From contig CAZQGQ010000001.1 in the NCBI GenBank assembly GCA_964593365.1, positions 244,585-308,584 on the forward strand: DNA of 64,000 nucleotides, given 5' to 3'. The notes under the pieces are model-generated. The model saw only the letters and a list, made by a program, of their open reading frames with translations. It was not told the DNA's origin and did not search any database. Every line of letters starts with the position of its first letter. Position 1 is the first letter of the stretch. The stretch comes from an uncultured Candidatus Saccharibacteria bacterium. GTDB taxonomy: Bacteria > Patescibacteriota > Minisyncoccia > Phycocordibacterales > Phycocordibacteraceae. Shown here piece after piece: positions 55,976 through 64,000 of the stretch. The position numbers and the translations under genes were made by a program.

Positions 55976-58654
55976 ATGCCTCCATTCAAGAATTTCACCA
56001 CCAAAGCGAAGGAAGCCATCCGGAAGGCTCACGAGCTTGCGATAGAACGCGGTCAAAACCACGTCTCGCCGCTCCACCTTCTGACGGCCCTTATTCACCA
56101 GGAAGAAAGCCTGGTCTTTTCCGTACTCGACCGCATGGATGTCGACACCCTGCTGCTTGCCGACACGATTCTCGAAACCTTGGAGGCTCCAGAGACCTCC
56201 GCGACGCTCTCGCCTTCCTATCAGCTGTATCTCACTCCCGAACTTGCCCAAGCGCTTGAAGCGTCCGGCAAAGTCGCTGCAAAGATGAATGATGCCTTTG
56301 TTGGCACCGAGCACTTGTTCGTAGCGATACTCGAGCACCCGGGACCTGCAGGCGATATCATCCAGCGTTTCAAGATTGACGGCGCAACGACGCTCACGCT
56401 CTTGAAGGAGCTGAAGAATGCGAAGGATGGACAGGTGGTTGAGCCGAAGCGATTCCGCGCGCTCGCCAAATACACGCGAAACCTCACCAAGCTTGCAAGC
56501 GAGAGCGTGCTTGATCCGGTCATCGGTCGTGATCAGGAGATTTACCGCGTCATCCAGATCCTTTCGCGCCGCACCAAGAACAACCCGGTCCTTATCGGAG
56601 AGGCAGGAGTTGGAAAGACCGCTATCGCCGAAGGGCTTGCCGCTCGCATCGCGGTAGGAGATGTTCCTGAGTCTCTTAAGAACAAGGAACTGCTATCGCT
56701 TGATCTCGGGCTCATGATCGCAGGCACGAAGTATCGCGGAGAATTCGAGGAGCGCATGAAGAGTGTCATGAAAGAAGTGGAGCGCGCCGAAGGGAAAGTG
56801 ATTCTCTTTGTGGATGAGCTTCATACGCTTGTTGGCGCAGGTGCCGCAGAAGGTGCCATGGACGCATCGAACATGCTGAAGCCCGCGCTTGCCCGCGGCG
56901 AGATCCGAATCGTAGGCGCTACGACTCTTAAGGAGTATCAGCAGCATATTGAGAAAGACACAGCGCTTACCCGCCGCTTCCAGCCTATTTTCGTTCAAGA
57001 GCCTTCGGTTGAGGACGCGGTTGCGATCTTGCGCGGCCTTCGCGACAAGTATGAGCTCTTCCACGGCGTGCGCATTACCGACGGAGCCATCGTCTCCGCT
57101 GTCGAGCTCTCGTCCCGCTACATAAGCGATCGATTCCTGCCTGACAAGGCGATCGACCTCATTGATGAGGCCGCATCAGGCCTTCGGATTGCGCTTGAGA
57201 ACAAGCCGCCTCTACTAGAGGAGACTGACCGTAAGATCCGCCGCCTGACTATCGAACGAGAGGCGCTCACCAAAGACGAGCCGAGCGATCACGCAGGGGA
57301 GATCAAGGTGCGCATCAAGGAGATCGATGAGGAAGTCGCAGACCTCAAGGAAAAGACCGGCGAGCTTGATTTGAAGTGGAAGAACGAGAAAGAGGTACTG
57401 CAGATCATCCGTACCTTGAAGTCCGAGCTTGAGAAGCTTCGCGTGCAGTCTGATAACGCTGAAGCGATGGCTGACCTTGGGACAACCGCAGAGATCCGCT
57501 ACGGAAAGATACCGATGATCCAAAAGGAGCTTGAGATAAAGATGAAGCGTCTGAAGACGCTGCAGAAGTCGCGTCGCGTATTGAACGAGGAGGTGACTGA
57601 GACTGAGATCGCGGGAGTCGTCTCGCGCTGGACCGGTATTCCTGTTGCAAAGATGCTTGAGGAGGAAGCCGCCAAGCTCGCTCGTATGGAGGAGGAACTC
57701 CAAGGAGCGGTCATTGGTCAGGATAATGCGGTCAAGGCCATTACAGACGCAGTGAAGCGCTCTCGCGTTGGTATTTCAGACCCGAACCGGCCGATCGGAT
57801 CGTTCCTCTTCCTCGGTCCAACAGGCGTTGGTAAGACGGAGCTCTCACGAAGGCTCGCCGAGTTCATGTTCAATGACACGGACGCGCTTGTCCGCGTTGA
57901 TATGTCTGAGTTTATGGAGAAGCATTCGATTGCGAAGCTTATCGGAGCGCCTCCAGGCTATGTGGGCTACGAAGAAGCTGGCTCATTGACCGAGCGCATT
58001 CGCCATCGCCCGTATGCTGTGATCTTGTTCGACGAGATCGAGAAGGCGCACCCCGAAGTGTTCAACATATTGCTCCAGGTGCTTGATTCTGGACACCTCA
58101 CTGACGGTAAGGGAAGGAAAGTGAACTTTAAGAACACGATCATCGTCTTGACCTCAAACATCGGCGCTGAGTTCATGGATCGCATGGCAGGCATCGGCTT
58201 CAACCAGAGCGGTACTGAAGAGTCTGCTCAGTACGACAAGATTAAGGAGAAGGTCATGGCAGCGCTGAAAGACCACTTCCGCCCTGAATTCTTGAACCGT
58301 CTCGATGACATCATCATGTTCGAGGTCCTCTCTAAGGAGACCCTGATGCGCATCGTCAACAATCAGATCGAGGAAGTGTTGAAGCGCCTCTCACACAAGC
58401 GCATCTCGCTCTCCATCGCACCTGAGGTGAAAGCCTGGCTCGCTGAGGTAGGCTATAACCCCCATTACGGCGCACGGCCTTTGAAGCGCGCCATTCAGGA
58501 CAAGATCCTGAACCCGATCGCGACCCTTATGATCGGCCAGGGCGTCATGGAAGGCGGGAGCGTTACGGTGACCATGAAGGGCGCTGAGCCTCATTTTGAG
58601 GTGCGTAAGAGCGCTGCGAGGGCCAAGCGAAAGGTCGCGGCCTCGGTTGCCTAA
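55976..58654 (+). CDS. clpB: ATP-dependent chaperone ClpB (two AAA+ modules plus coiled-coil M domain)
   Basis: Clp_N repeats. Walker [16 protein letters not shown] (NBD1) and [15 protein letters not shown] (NBD2). There is a long coiled coil between the NBDs. Confidence 0.9.
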   Translation: MPPFKNFTTKAKEAIRKAHELAIERGQNHVSPLHLLTALIHQEESLVFSVLDRMDVDTLLLADTILETLEAPETSATLSPSYQLYLTPELAQALEASGKVAAKMNDAFVGTEHLFVAILEHPGPAGDIIQRFKIDGATTLTLLKELKNAKDGQVVEPKRFRALAKYTRNLTKLASESVLDPVIGRDQEIYRVIQILSRRTKNNPVLIGEAGVGKTAIAEGLAARIAVGDVPESLKNKELLSLDLGLMIAGTKYRGEFEERMKSVMKEVERAEGKVILFVDELHTLVGAGAAEGAMDASNMLKPALARGEIRIVGATTLKEYQQHIEKDTALTRRFQPIFVQEPSVEDAVAILRGLRDKYELFHGVRITDGAIVSAVELSSRYISDRFLPDKAIDLIDEAASGLRIALENKPPLLEETDRKIRRLTIEREALTKDEPSDHAGEIKVRIKEIDEEVADLKEKTGELDLKWKNEKEVLQIIRTLKSELEKLRVQSDNAEAMADLGTTAEIRYGKIPMIQKELEIKMKRLKTLQKSRRVLNEEVTETEIAGVVSRWTGIPVAKMLEEEAAKLARMEEELQGAVIGQDNAVKAITDAVKRSRVGISDPNRPIGSFLFLGPTGVGKTELSRRLAEFMFNDTDALVRVDMSEFMEKHSIAKLIGAPPGYVGYEEAGSLTERIRHRPYAVILFDEIEKAHPEVFNILLQVLDSGHLTDGKGRKVNFKNTIIVLTSNIGAEFMDRMAGIGFNQSGTEESAQYDKIKEKVMAALKDHFRPEFLNRLDDIIMFEVLSKETLMRIVNNQIEEVLKRLSHKRISLSIAPEVKAWLAEVGYNPHYGARPLKRAIQDKILNPIATLMIGQGVMEGGSVTVTMKGAEPHFEVRKSAARAKRKVAASVA

Positions 58655-58682
58655 CCGCCGTCGCTCTGGTAAGGTTGCCCTC

Positions 58683-58841
58683 ATGTCACAAGATCGCCTT
58701 AAGAAGATGAAGTCGACGGCCTCAAACCACGTCTACTTCACATCCAAGAACAAGAAGCTTGACCGTAAGCTCGAATTCAAGAAGTACGACCCGACTCCGG
58801 GCGTCCAGAAACGAGTTATTTACAAGGAAGGAAAGAAGTAA
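58683..58841 (+). CDS. rpmG: 50S ribosomal protein L33 (Cys-free C- type)
   Basis: ...HVYFTSKNKKLDRKLEFKKYDPTPGVQKRVIYKEGK matches the L33 pattern. The start is at ATG 58683 with an upstream AAGG. Confidence 0.8.
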   Translation: MSQDRLKKMKSTASNHVYFTSKNKKLDRKLEFKKYDPTPGVQKRVIYKEGKK

Positions 58842-58846
58842 GAAAA

Positions 58847-58874
58847 GCCCCGCCTAAAGCGGGGATTTTCTTTT
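58847..58874 (+). terminator. rho-independent terminator (CCCCGC-CTAAA-GCGGGG plus TTTTCTTTT)
   Basis: Canonical GC hairpin plus a U-tract directly after rpmG. Confidence 0.8.
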
Positions 58875-58950
58875 GACAGGGCAGAGCCTATTTCGTATAA
58901 GTATGAATGGTGTGTAGTACGGTTCCTGCATTACCGCGAGGATAACTCAA

Positions 58951-59079
58951 ATGTCACCCATGGGTGTAGTAGGCCTCATCGGATTGGTCGTTCTTGCCTT
59001 CTTCGCGCTGAACGAATTGTTTAAGTGGGACGTGAGGCGTAATAACGACATCAATCGCAGATCCCGTGACGATGACTGA
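58951..59079 (+). CDS. possible 42-aa small hydrophobic protein (below the ORF-track cutoff)
   Basis: ATG preceded by GAGGA. Encodes MSPMGVVGLIGLVVLAFFALNELFKWDVRRNNDINRRSRDDD. A hairpin terminator follows at 59103-59136. Confidence 0.3.
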   Translation: MSPMGVVGLIGLVVLAFFALNELFKWDVRRNNDINRRSRDDD

Positions 59080-59155
59080 TCGGGTCTGCAAAATGCAAAA
59101 GCGCCGCTTGGAGCAATCCGAGCGGCGTTTCGCTTTCTAGAAAAGTGAGCGGGCT

Positions 59156-59683
59156 CTATGGGACGAGATTCGAACGTTTGGTCCACTGGATTAACTCTGA
59201 GAATATCTGAGGATTAGCCCCCACAAACTCATCCGGCACCTCAACAAGTTCTTTTTCGAGCTTACTCCAATGTACCCAACGTACTGCAGCGACCTCTTCT
59301 TCTTGAGGTCTCAGTGCTTCGAGAGAGATATCAATCTTAGCCATGAACCATTGTCGCATTCGCCTATTGCTAGGCTTACCAACAATTTCCTTGTTTCCAA
59401 GCTCTAATTGCTCGGATCGTACATCGAGGTTTAATTCTTCCTTAGCCTCTTTCTGAACATTGCTTTCATAGCTTTCGTTCTCATTTACAGTTCCTGCAGC
59501 CGCAGGACCCCATTTACCAGGAGCATGTTTTTTAGTCAGTGCTCGTTGGGCAAGCAAAACTTCTCCGTTTGAATTTGAGACCCACAAAGCGGAGGATCGA
59601 TGAATTTCTCCCTCCTCCCACTTATCGCGCTCGCAGATGCGGACGAAATTATCATTCTCGTCAACAATAATAACCTTTTCCAT
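59156..59683 (-). CDS. NUDIX hydrolase (degenerate Nudix box)
   Basis: GPAAAGTVNENESYESNVQKEAKEELNL approximates G-x5-E-x7-REUxEExGU. AT-richer than its neighbours. Confidence 0.6.
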   Translation of the reverse strand: MEKVIIVDENDNFVRICERDKWEEGEIHRSSALWVSNSNGEVLLAQRALTKKHAPGKWGPAAAGTVNENESYESNVQKEAKEELNLDVRSEQLELGNKEIVGKPSNRRMRQWFMAKIDISLEALRPQEEEVAAVRWVHWSKLEKELVEVPDEFVGANPQIFSELIQWTKRSNLVP

Positions 59684-59711
59684 ACAGGGAATTTACCACA
59701 CGGTTCGAAGG

Positions 59712-59782
59712 CGGGCCCACGAGGAATCGAACCTCGGCCGACGGTTTTGGAGACCGACGTTCTACCATTAAACTATGGGCCC
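59712..59782 (-). tRNA. tRNA-Trp (anticodon CCA)
   Basis: Reverse complement reads GGGCCCA-TA-GTTTAATGGTAGAAC-G-TCGGT-CTCCAAA-ACCGT-CGGC-CGAGGTTCGATTCCTCG-TGGGCCC-G. Confidence 0.75.
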
Positions 59783-59857
59783 GTACGGCAAACCTTAGCA
59801 GAGAAGCAGGCTGTGGGCAAAACGCCTTTTTGATTCTAGATACCTTATACTAGGCGC

Positions 59858-60808
59858 ATGCGAACGCTACGCGTCTTTCTCCCGTTTTTACTTGTCGGTA
59901 TCCTAGCACTTGCTCCTCTTGGGGCATCTGCCGGATTGACCCAAATCATCCCGACCGGCTGCTACTGCGAAGGCGGTGCTCCTGATTGGGGATGCGCTCT
60001 CCAAGTAGTGCAGAACGTCATGAACCTCGCCATCGCGATCGGATTCATGATATTCGTGCTCGCGCTTGTCTATGCCGGACTTACGTTCATCGCAAGCCCG
60101 ATCAGCGCGAAGGGGCGCGAACTCGGGAAAACGATTCTCATGAACTCAGTAGTCGGGCTCGTGATCATGCTCTGCGCATGGCTTCTCGTCGACTTTGTCA
60201 TGAAGGCGCTCTACAACGAAGACGCAAGCGCGGCAGGTATCGAGCGACTTGGTCCATGGAACAGCATTCTCGGCGCAGGTGGACGTGCGTGCCTCTTGCA
60301 GCGCGACCCACCAGCAGGTCTTCCAGGCACCAGTAGCGTTGATGCAACGAGTGGAATCACTGGTCAGACAGGACAAGCAAGCCAGATCAAAGCTTTTTAT
60401 GAAGCGGCGCAAAGCGCAGGGCTTAGTGCTGTCTATGAAGTTCGAACCAGTGGGCGAAAGCAGGAACTCGTGAGCGCTGGTGTTCCTGCTGCCGCAATTA
60501 CAGCAGTTTCCTATATAACAGGAGAGCACTTCTCAGTGTATTCAGGCGGAGGCTGCGGAGGACAAGCGTCTTCTCAGCTGAAGACAAACCCGTCTTGCAC
60601 CAACTGCCAGCAGATCACAGGACCTACCTGCAAGAGTTCTAGCAGCTGCACCATTACTGCGTCAGTAAATAGTGCACTCAACTCAATCCCGCAGACAAAC
60701 GTAGAGATAGGCAGCTGGCGCGTGACAGAAGCCTTTCCTCCAACGACACAGGCGCACAATTGCAGCTGCCACTACACCGGTACTTGCGTCGACGTCGGGT
60801 TCTTCTAA
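59858..60808 (+). CDS. pilin-like two-TM family member P7: signal peptide, core, large C-terminal Cys-rich ectodomain
   Basis: Signal peptide, then ...CALQVVQNVMNLAIAIGFMIFVLALVYAGLTFIASPISAKGRELGKTILMNSVVGLVIMLCAWLLVDF. The C-terminal 200 aa carries about 12 Cys (CGGQ, CTNCQ, CKSSSSC, CSCHYTGTC). Confidence 0.6.
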   Translation: MRTLRVFLPFLLVGILALAPLGASAGLTQIIPTGCYCEGGAPDWGCALQVVQNVMNLAIAIGFMIFVLALVYAGLTFIASPISAKGRELGKTILMNSVVGLVIMLCAWLLVDFVMKALYNEDASAAGIERLGPWNSILGAGGRACLLQRDPPAGLPGTSSVDATSGITGQTGQASQIKAFYEAAQSAGLSAVYEVRTSGRKQELVSAGVPAAAITAVSYITGEHFSVYSGGGCGGQASSQLKTNPSCTNCQQITGPTCKSSSSCTITASVNSALNSIPQTNVEIGSWRVTEAFPPTTQAHNCSCHYTGTCVDVGFF

Positions 60809-61635
60809 GACGTTTCCTTAAGTTTCCTGATCCACGCTTCCTGACGCCTTGCGTACTGGAAAAGCTTTGCTGAAAGTGCATCAAGAAGCGAAAATTCCTC
60901 GCGTTCTCCTCGCAGATATTCGCCAACAATTCGGTACTCAAGTCCAAGCTCGTTCAAGCGAGCGTCTCCGACGTACTCTCGCACCCGTTTCACTTCGTTA
61001 ATAAGTCCTTTGGCGAGAGTCTCGGTTAGACGTGCGACTATTCGTTCTCGTATCTCGTCTCTTGTAGGAGTAAGCACGATCCACTCAACTGCATAAGGGG
61101 GCTTCTCACCTCGTTCCGGCACACTCCCATGCTGCTTGATGACCTCGAGCGCCCGTACCAATCTCCTTCGGTTGTTTGGATCTAGTTCGCCTGCGCGTCG
61201 CGGGTCAACACGTTCAATCTCCGTAAACAGTTCTTCATCTGAAAGCTCCTCAAGATCATCTCGAAGCTCAAGATCCATAGGAGTTTCAAGCGGCAGCCCG
61301 TTTATAAGGGCGTCGAAATAGAAGTGACTGCCACCCGCAAGGATAGGCACCTTCCCGCGCGCACTTATCTCCTGTATCAGGCGCTTAGCGTCAACGACAA
61401 AATCCCCTGCGCTGTAGCTTTCTTTGGGGTCACGGATATCAATCAGGTGATGAGGAACACCTTGCATCTCTTCTGTGTTGATCTTCTCAGTGCCAATATC
61501 AAGCATGCGGTACACCTGCCGGGAGTCGACAGAGATGACTTCGCCATCGCGTTCCTTAGCAAGCGCGATCGCCCGGGAAGACTTCCCAGAGGCCGTAGGG
61601 CCGATCACGCAGATGATGGGGAGTTTTCTGTCCAT
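60805..61635 (-). CDS. miaA: tRNA dimethylallyltransferase MiaA
   Basis: P-loop VIGPTASGKS, ISVDSRQVYR and DIGTEK blocks. Confidence 0.9.
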   Translation of the reverse strand: MDRKLPIICVIGPTASGKSSRAIALAKERDGEVISVDSRQVYRMLDIGTEKINTEEMQGVPHHLIDIRDPKESYSAGDFVVDAKRLIQEISARGKVPILAGGSHFYFDALINGLPLETPMDLELRDDLEELSDEELFTEIERVDPRRAGELDPNNRRRLVRALEVIKQHGSVPERGEKPPYAVEWIVLTPTRDEIRERIVARLTETLAKGLINEVKRVREYVGDARLNELGLEYRIVGEYLRGEREEFSLLDALSAKLFQYARRQEAWIRKLKETS

Positions 61636-61687
61636 GCGTGGGATGCTATCATGCGCTCATCATCTTTGTCAGGATAAGCTTATATCT

Positions 61688-62353
61688 ATGAGTACAAACG
61701 GAAAAAAGAGCAACTACTGTGAGCACTGTGGGGATTTCCACGATCCGGTGCAGGAGTATGTGTCGCAGGTCAAAGTCGGGGAAATTGTTCCTGACTTTCA
61801 GTTCGAGGCGTACCAAAACGATGAGACCAAGACCTTGAAGTTCTCGGATTATCGAGGGAAGTGGATCGTCGTCGTATTTTATCCAGCAGACTTCACCTTC
61901 ATCTGCCCGACCGAGCTTGAGGAAATGGCCAAGCTCTATCCGCAATTCAAGGAAATCAACACGGAAGTGATTTCATTCTCAACCGATACGGTCTTCACCC
62001 ATAAGGCCTGGCATGACACCTCGCCTGCGATAAAGCAGATCGGCTACCCGATGGGAGCGGATCCTGCTGGAAAGATTGCACATGCTTTCGGTGTCCTCAT
62101 TGAGGGAGACGGCATCGAGATGGTAGAAGACGAAGGGCTTTCGATGCGCGGAACATTCATCATCGATCCAGCCGGCATCCTCCGAGCGATGGAGATAAAT
62201 CACAACAGCGTCGGGCGAACCGCGCGTGAGACCTTCCGTAAAGTGCAGGCAGCTCAGTTTGTCGAGAAGAACGAAGGCCAGGTATGTCCGGCTTCATGGG
62301 AACCGGGAGACGATACGCTTGAACCGGGGATGGGCTTGGTAGGGAAGATATAA
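61688..62353 (+). CDS. peroxiredoxin (AhpC/Prx1-type) with N-terminal CxxC extension
   Basis: Peroxidatic Cys block FYPADFTFICPTE and the FSTDTVFTHKAW thioredoxin fold. The first 20 aa contain YCEHCGDFHDP. The start was trimmed from the ORF-track 61475 to ATG 61688, because upstream of it the frame overlaps miaA on the opposite strand. Confidence 0.8.
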   Translation: MSTNGKKSNYCEHCGDFHDPVQEYVSQVKVGEIVPDFQFEAYQNDETKTLKFSDYRGKWIVVVFYPADFTFICPTELEEMAKLYPQFKEINTEVISFSTDTVFTHKAWHDTSPAIKQIGYPMGADPAGKIAHAFGVLIEGDGIEMVEDEGLSMRGTFIIDPAGILRAMEINHNSVGRTARETFRKVQAAQFVEKNEGQVCPASWEPGDDTLEPGMGLVGKI

Positions 62354-62393
62354 AAAGAGTGCGACGGTCGTAGGGACCGCCGCGTTCTTTAGC

Positions 62394-62624
62394 CTACGTG
62401 CTCGTTAAGAGCTCGTAGAGGCCTATGTGGTAGATGGTGACGAGCGTGAATGCTCCGTGCGGTTCTGCGGTTAAGGCGTGCTGGACACACAGATCCTGTT
62501 CGACATCGTCTGGGAAGCAGACGCAGCCGTTTGGAGTACTGAAATGACCAACCGCGATATCTCCGCATCCAAACCTACAAGGAACTTCTTTCGTATCGAC
62601 GGGGATTCCGTTGACGTCTACCAT
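62394..62624 (-). CDS. small Cys-rich hypothetical protein (76 aa)
   Basis: Six Cys, including CRFGCGD and CVCFPDD. It shares the C-x-x-CGD motif with the adjacent peroxiredoxin's N-terminus. Confidence 0.4.
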   Translation of the reverse strand: MVDVNGIPVDTKEVPCRFGCGDIAVGHFSTPNGCVCFPDDVEQDLCVQHALTAEPHGAFTLVTIYHIGLYELLTST

Positions 62625-62667
62625 TGGAACACCTCTCTTTCCAGGAATTCAGTATAGCAAACCAAGC

Positions 62668-63612
62668 TTAGCGGTTGCGTCGGAGCGTTGTCTCGAGGGT
62701 CTTTCGAATATCCGTTGGAAGGGATGCGAGCGTGAGGCGGGTGCGTTCGGCAATGTCTCCTGAGTATAGGCTAGAGAAAGGTATGCCTACGTCAGCGCGC
62801 ACCATCCGATCGATATAGGGAAGTGAAAGTGCGCGAAGGCCTTTAAGCTTCTTCACCTTCTCGTTGCTCAGCGTTGCCGCAATGCCAACGACGCTACCTG
62901 CGTACGTGACGGGTGCGCCAGAGATCCCAGATTGCCCTGCTTTAGACGGAGCGAGGAATAGCACGTCAGAATACGGGCGATCGAAAGAACGGATCTCAGA
63001 GATGGTAGTCGTGGCGGTAAGCGTTGCGAGCTTCTTGTCTACTTCTTTGTAATCAAGATTTTCTGCCGGATATCCCGTGATTGCGACTGTCTCTCCTGCC
63101 GTAAGGCTGTTAACGGTTTCGAGGCTCGCAAGCGGGACAAAGGGGAAGTGCGCAGGGAGATCTCCCTTCTTTGCTTTAGTGACCTGGAGAAGCGCGAAGT
63201 CTCGTTGGCTTGAGCCCGAGCCTTCACTCTTGTTTGCAACTGAACTGATATAGGAATCTAGCCACTTCGGAGAGATGTAGATAAGCGAAGCGACGTACTG
63301 GTCGCGCGCAGGCGAGCCCGTGCGCACGCTGCAATTTACTTTGCTTTTACCGGTGCCTTCGGTAAGCAGGTGGTATTGGCCCACATGGGCATTGGTGAGA
63401 ATAACGCCCTTATCGTTAATGAATACTCCGGACCCAGTCGTCAGATAGCTTGCACCTCCAAGTTTGACTCGGCAAATAATGTTAACGGTTGCTTCTGCAA
63501 TGGGGTCTTTGGGAGCTACCGCCTTTGTTTTGCTTGCTGCGTGGACCGGAACCGCGGTCGTAATGACAGCAACAAAAAGCAGAGCCGATGCAATGCGAAG
63601 AAAGATATTCAT
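62668..63612 (-). CDS. secreted trypsin-like (S1 family) serine protease
   Basis: Signal peptide. His block ILTNAHVGQ. Ser block GQSGISGAPV (a variant of GDSGGP). The start was moved to MNIFLR. Confidence 0.65.
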   Translation of the reverse strand: MNIFLRIASALLFVAVITTAVPVHAASKTKAVAPKDPIAEATVNIICRVKLGGASYLTTGSGVFINDKGVILTNAHVGQYHLLTEGTGKSKVNCSVRTGSPARDQYVASLIYISPKWLDSYISSVANKSEGSGSSQRDFALLQVTKAKKGDLPAHFPFVPLASLETVNSLTAGETVAITGYPAENLDYKEVDKKLATLTATTTISEIRSFDRPYSDVLFLAPSKAGQSGISGAPVTYAGSVVGIAATLSNEKVKKLKGLRALSLPYIDRMVRADVGIPFSSLYSGDIAERTRLTLASLPTDIRKTLETTLRRNR

Positions 63613-63641
63613 GCGAGCGAGTATAGCATCACTCGTAACGG

Positions 63642-63723
63642 GTGCCGGGGGAGAGACTCGAACTCTCAAGCCTTGCGGCGGTGGGTTTTGAATCCACTGC
63701 GGTTACCAATTTCGCCACCCCGG
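63642..63723 (-). tRNA. tRNA-Leu (anticodon CAA), long variable arm
   Basis: Reverse complement reads GCCGGGG-TG-GCGAAATTGGTAACCGC-A-GTGGA-TTCAAAA-CCCAC-variable arm CGCCGCAAGGCTTGAGAG-TTCGAGTCTCTC-CCCCGGC-A. Confidence 0.75.
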
Positions 63724-63792
63724 CGTGCGTTCCAGCCTATCATTTTGCACAAAGTTTTTCATCCTCGACGCATCGCATGCTATATTTTCTGC

Positions 63793-64000
63793 ATGAGTGA
63801 ATCAAAGTACGGCGAGCCAACCAAATACGACTCGGTCTTCTGGATCGAGGTTGATCGTATTTCTCCTAACCCGTACCAACCGCGCCGCGAATTCGACGAA
63901 GATCGTCTCCGGGGACTTGCCGAATCCATCCGCCAGTACGGCGTGCTGCAGCCGCTTGTCGTTACCCGAACAGAGATAGAGCGCCCTGACGGAGGCCTCG
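63793..64000 (+). CDS. parB: ParB/Spo0J-like partition protein, 3'-partial
   Basis: The frame from ATG 63793 encodes ...WIEVDRISPNPYQPRREFDEDRLRGLAESIRQYGVLQPLVVTR, the ParB N-terminal box. It differs from the ORF-track 63797 frame. Confidence 0.7.
   Translation, partial: MSESKYGEPTKYDSVFWIEVDRISPNPYQPRREFDEDRLRGLAESIRQYGVLQPLVVTRTEIERPDGGL

Noticed and set aside
61475-61687. The extended N-terminus of the peroxiredoxin ORF (ORF-track start at 61475)
   Set aside because: That upstream portion overlaps miaA on the opposite strand and lacks Prx similarity. The start was trimmed to ATG 61688, which is followed by the conserved Prx fold.
63797-63979. 60-aa ORF from the track (MNQSTASQPN...)
   Set aside because: The adjacent frame starting at ATG 63793 encodes a clear ParB N-terminal box, WIEVDRISPNPYQPR...GVLQPLVV, and runs off the window. 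The listed ORF is an out-of-frame artefact.

Overview
This 64-kb window is a mostly housekeeping stretch of bacterial chromosome, gene-dense on both strands, and moderately GC-rich apart from a few visibly AT-richer islands. Gene content suggests a reduced-genome Patescibacteria/CPR-like bacterium, though this is inference. The pointers are an N-terminally truncated IF-2 (492 aa), a short ValRS (706 aa), a four-domain S1 protein, many small membrane proteins of unknown function, and no visible biosynthetic operons. Recognisable genes include murJ, lepA, valS, tsaD, tsaC, truB, ftsA/ftsZ, ybeY, rpsU, lepB, pth, rpsA, gyrA, rbfA, infB, clpB, rpmG, miaA, trxB, a NifS-like desulfurase, a peroxiredoxin and a 5' fragment of parB. 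Twelve tRNA genes were found by eye (Gly-CCC, Arg-CCT, Phe-GAA, Val-GAC, Glu-TTC, Ser-CGA, Leu-TAG, Lys-CTT, Leu-TAA, Cys-GCA, Trp-CCA, Leu-CAA). Two structured RNAs are also present: an RNase P RNA at about 454-782 and a probable SRP RNA near 41240-41340. The most unusual locus is a tandem array of six paralogous small two-helix membrane proteins at 48629-51178, with a seventh member at 59858. They share one core motif, and some are fused to Cys-rich secreted domains at either the N- or the C-terminus. This looks like a modular VirB2/TrbC-like pilin or surface-display family, with no secretion ATPase visible in the window. The second notable locus is an AT-rich accessory island at about 36.2-39.6 kb. 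Four of its five genes are each followed, 1-12 nt after the stop codon, by a conserved 28-bp repeat (GGTTCCAACATCGTCCCAGACAGCCAGC), which resembles a cassette boundary. A putative copper-handling cluster (DUF1775/YcnI-like, cupredoxin-like, polytopic membrane protein), a tRNA-Gly-adjacent AT-rich HExxH protein, a divergent HisRS-like paralog and a textbook sigma70 promoter are also noted.
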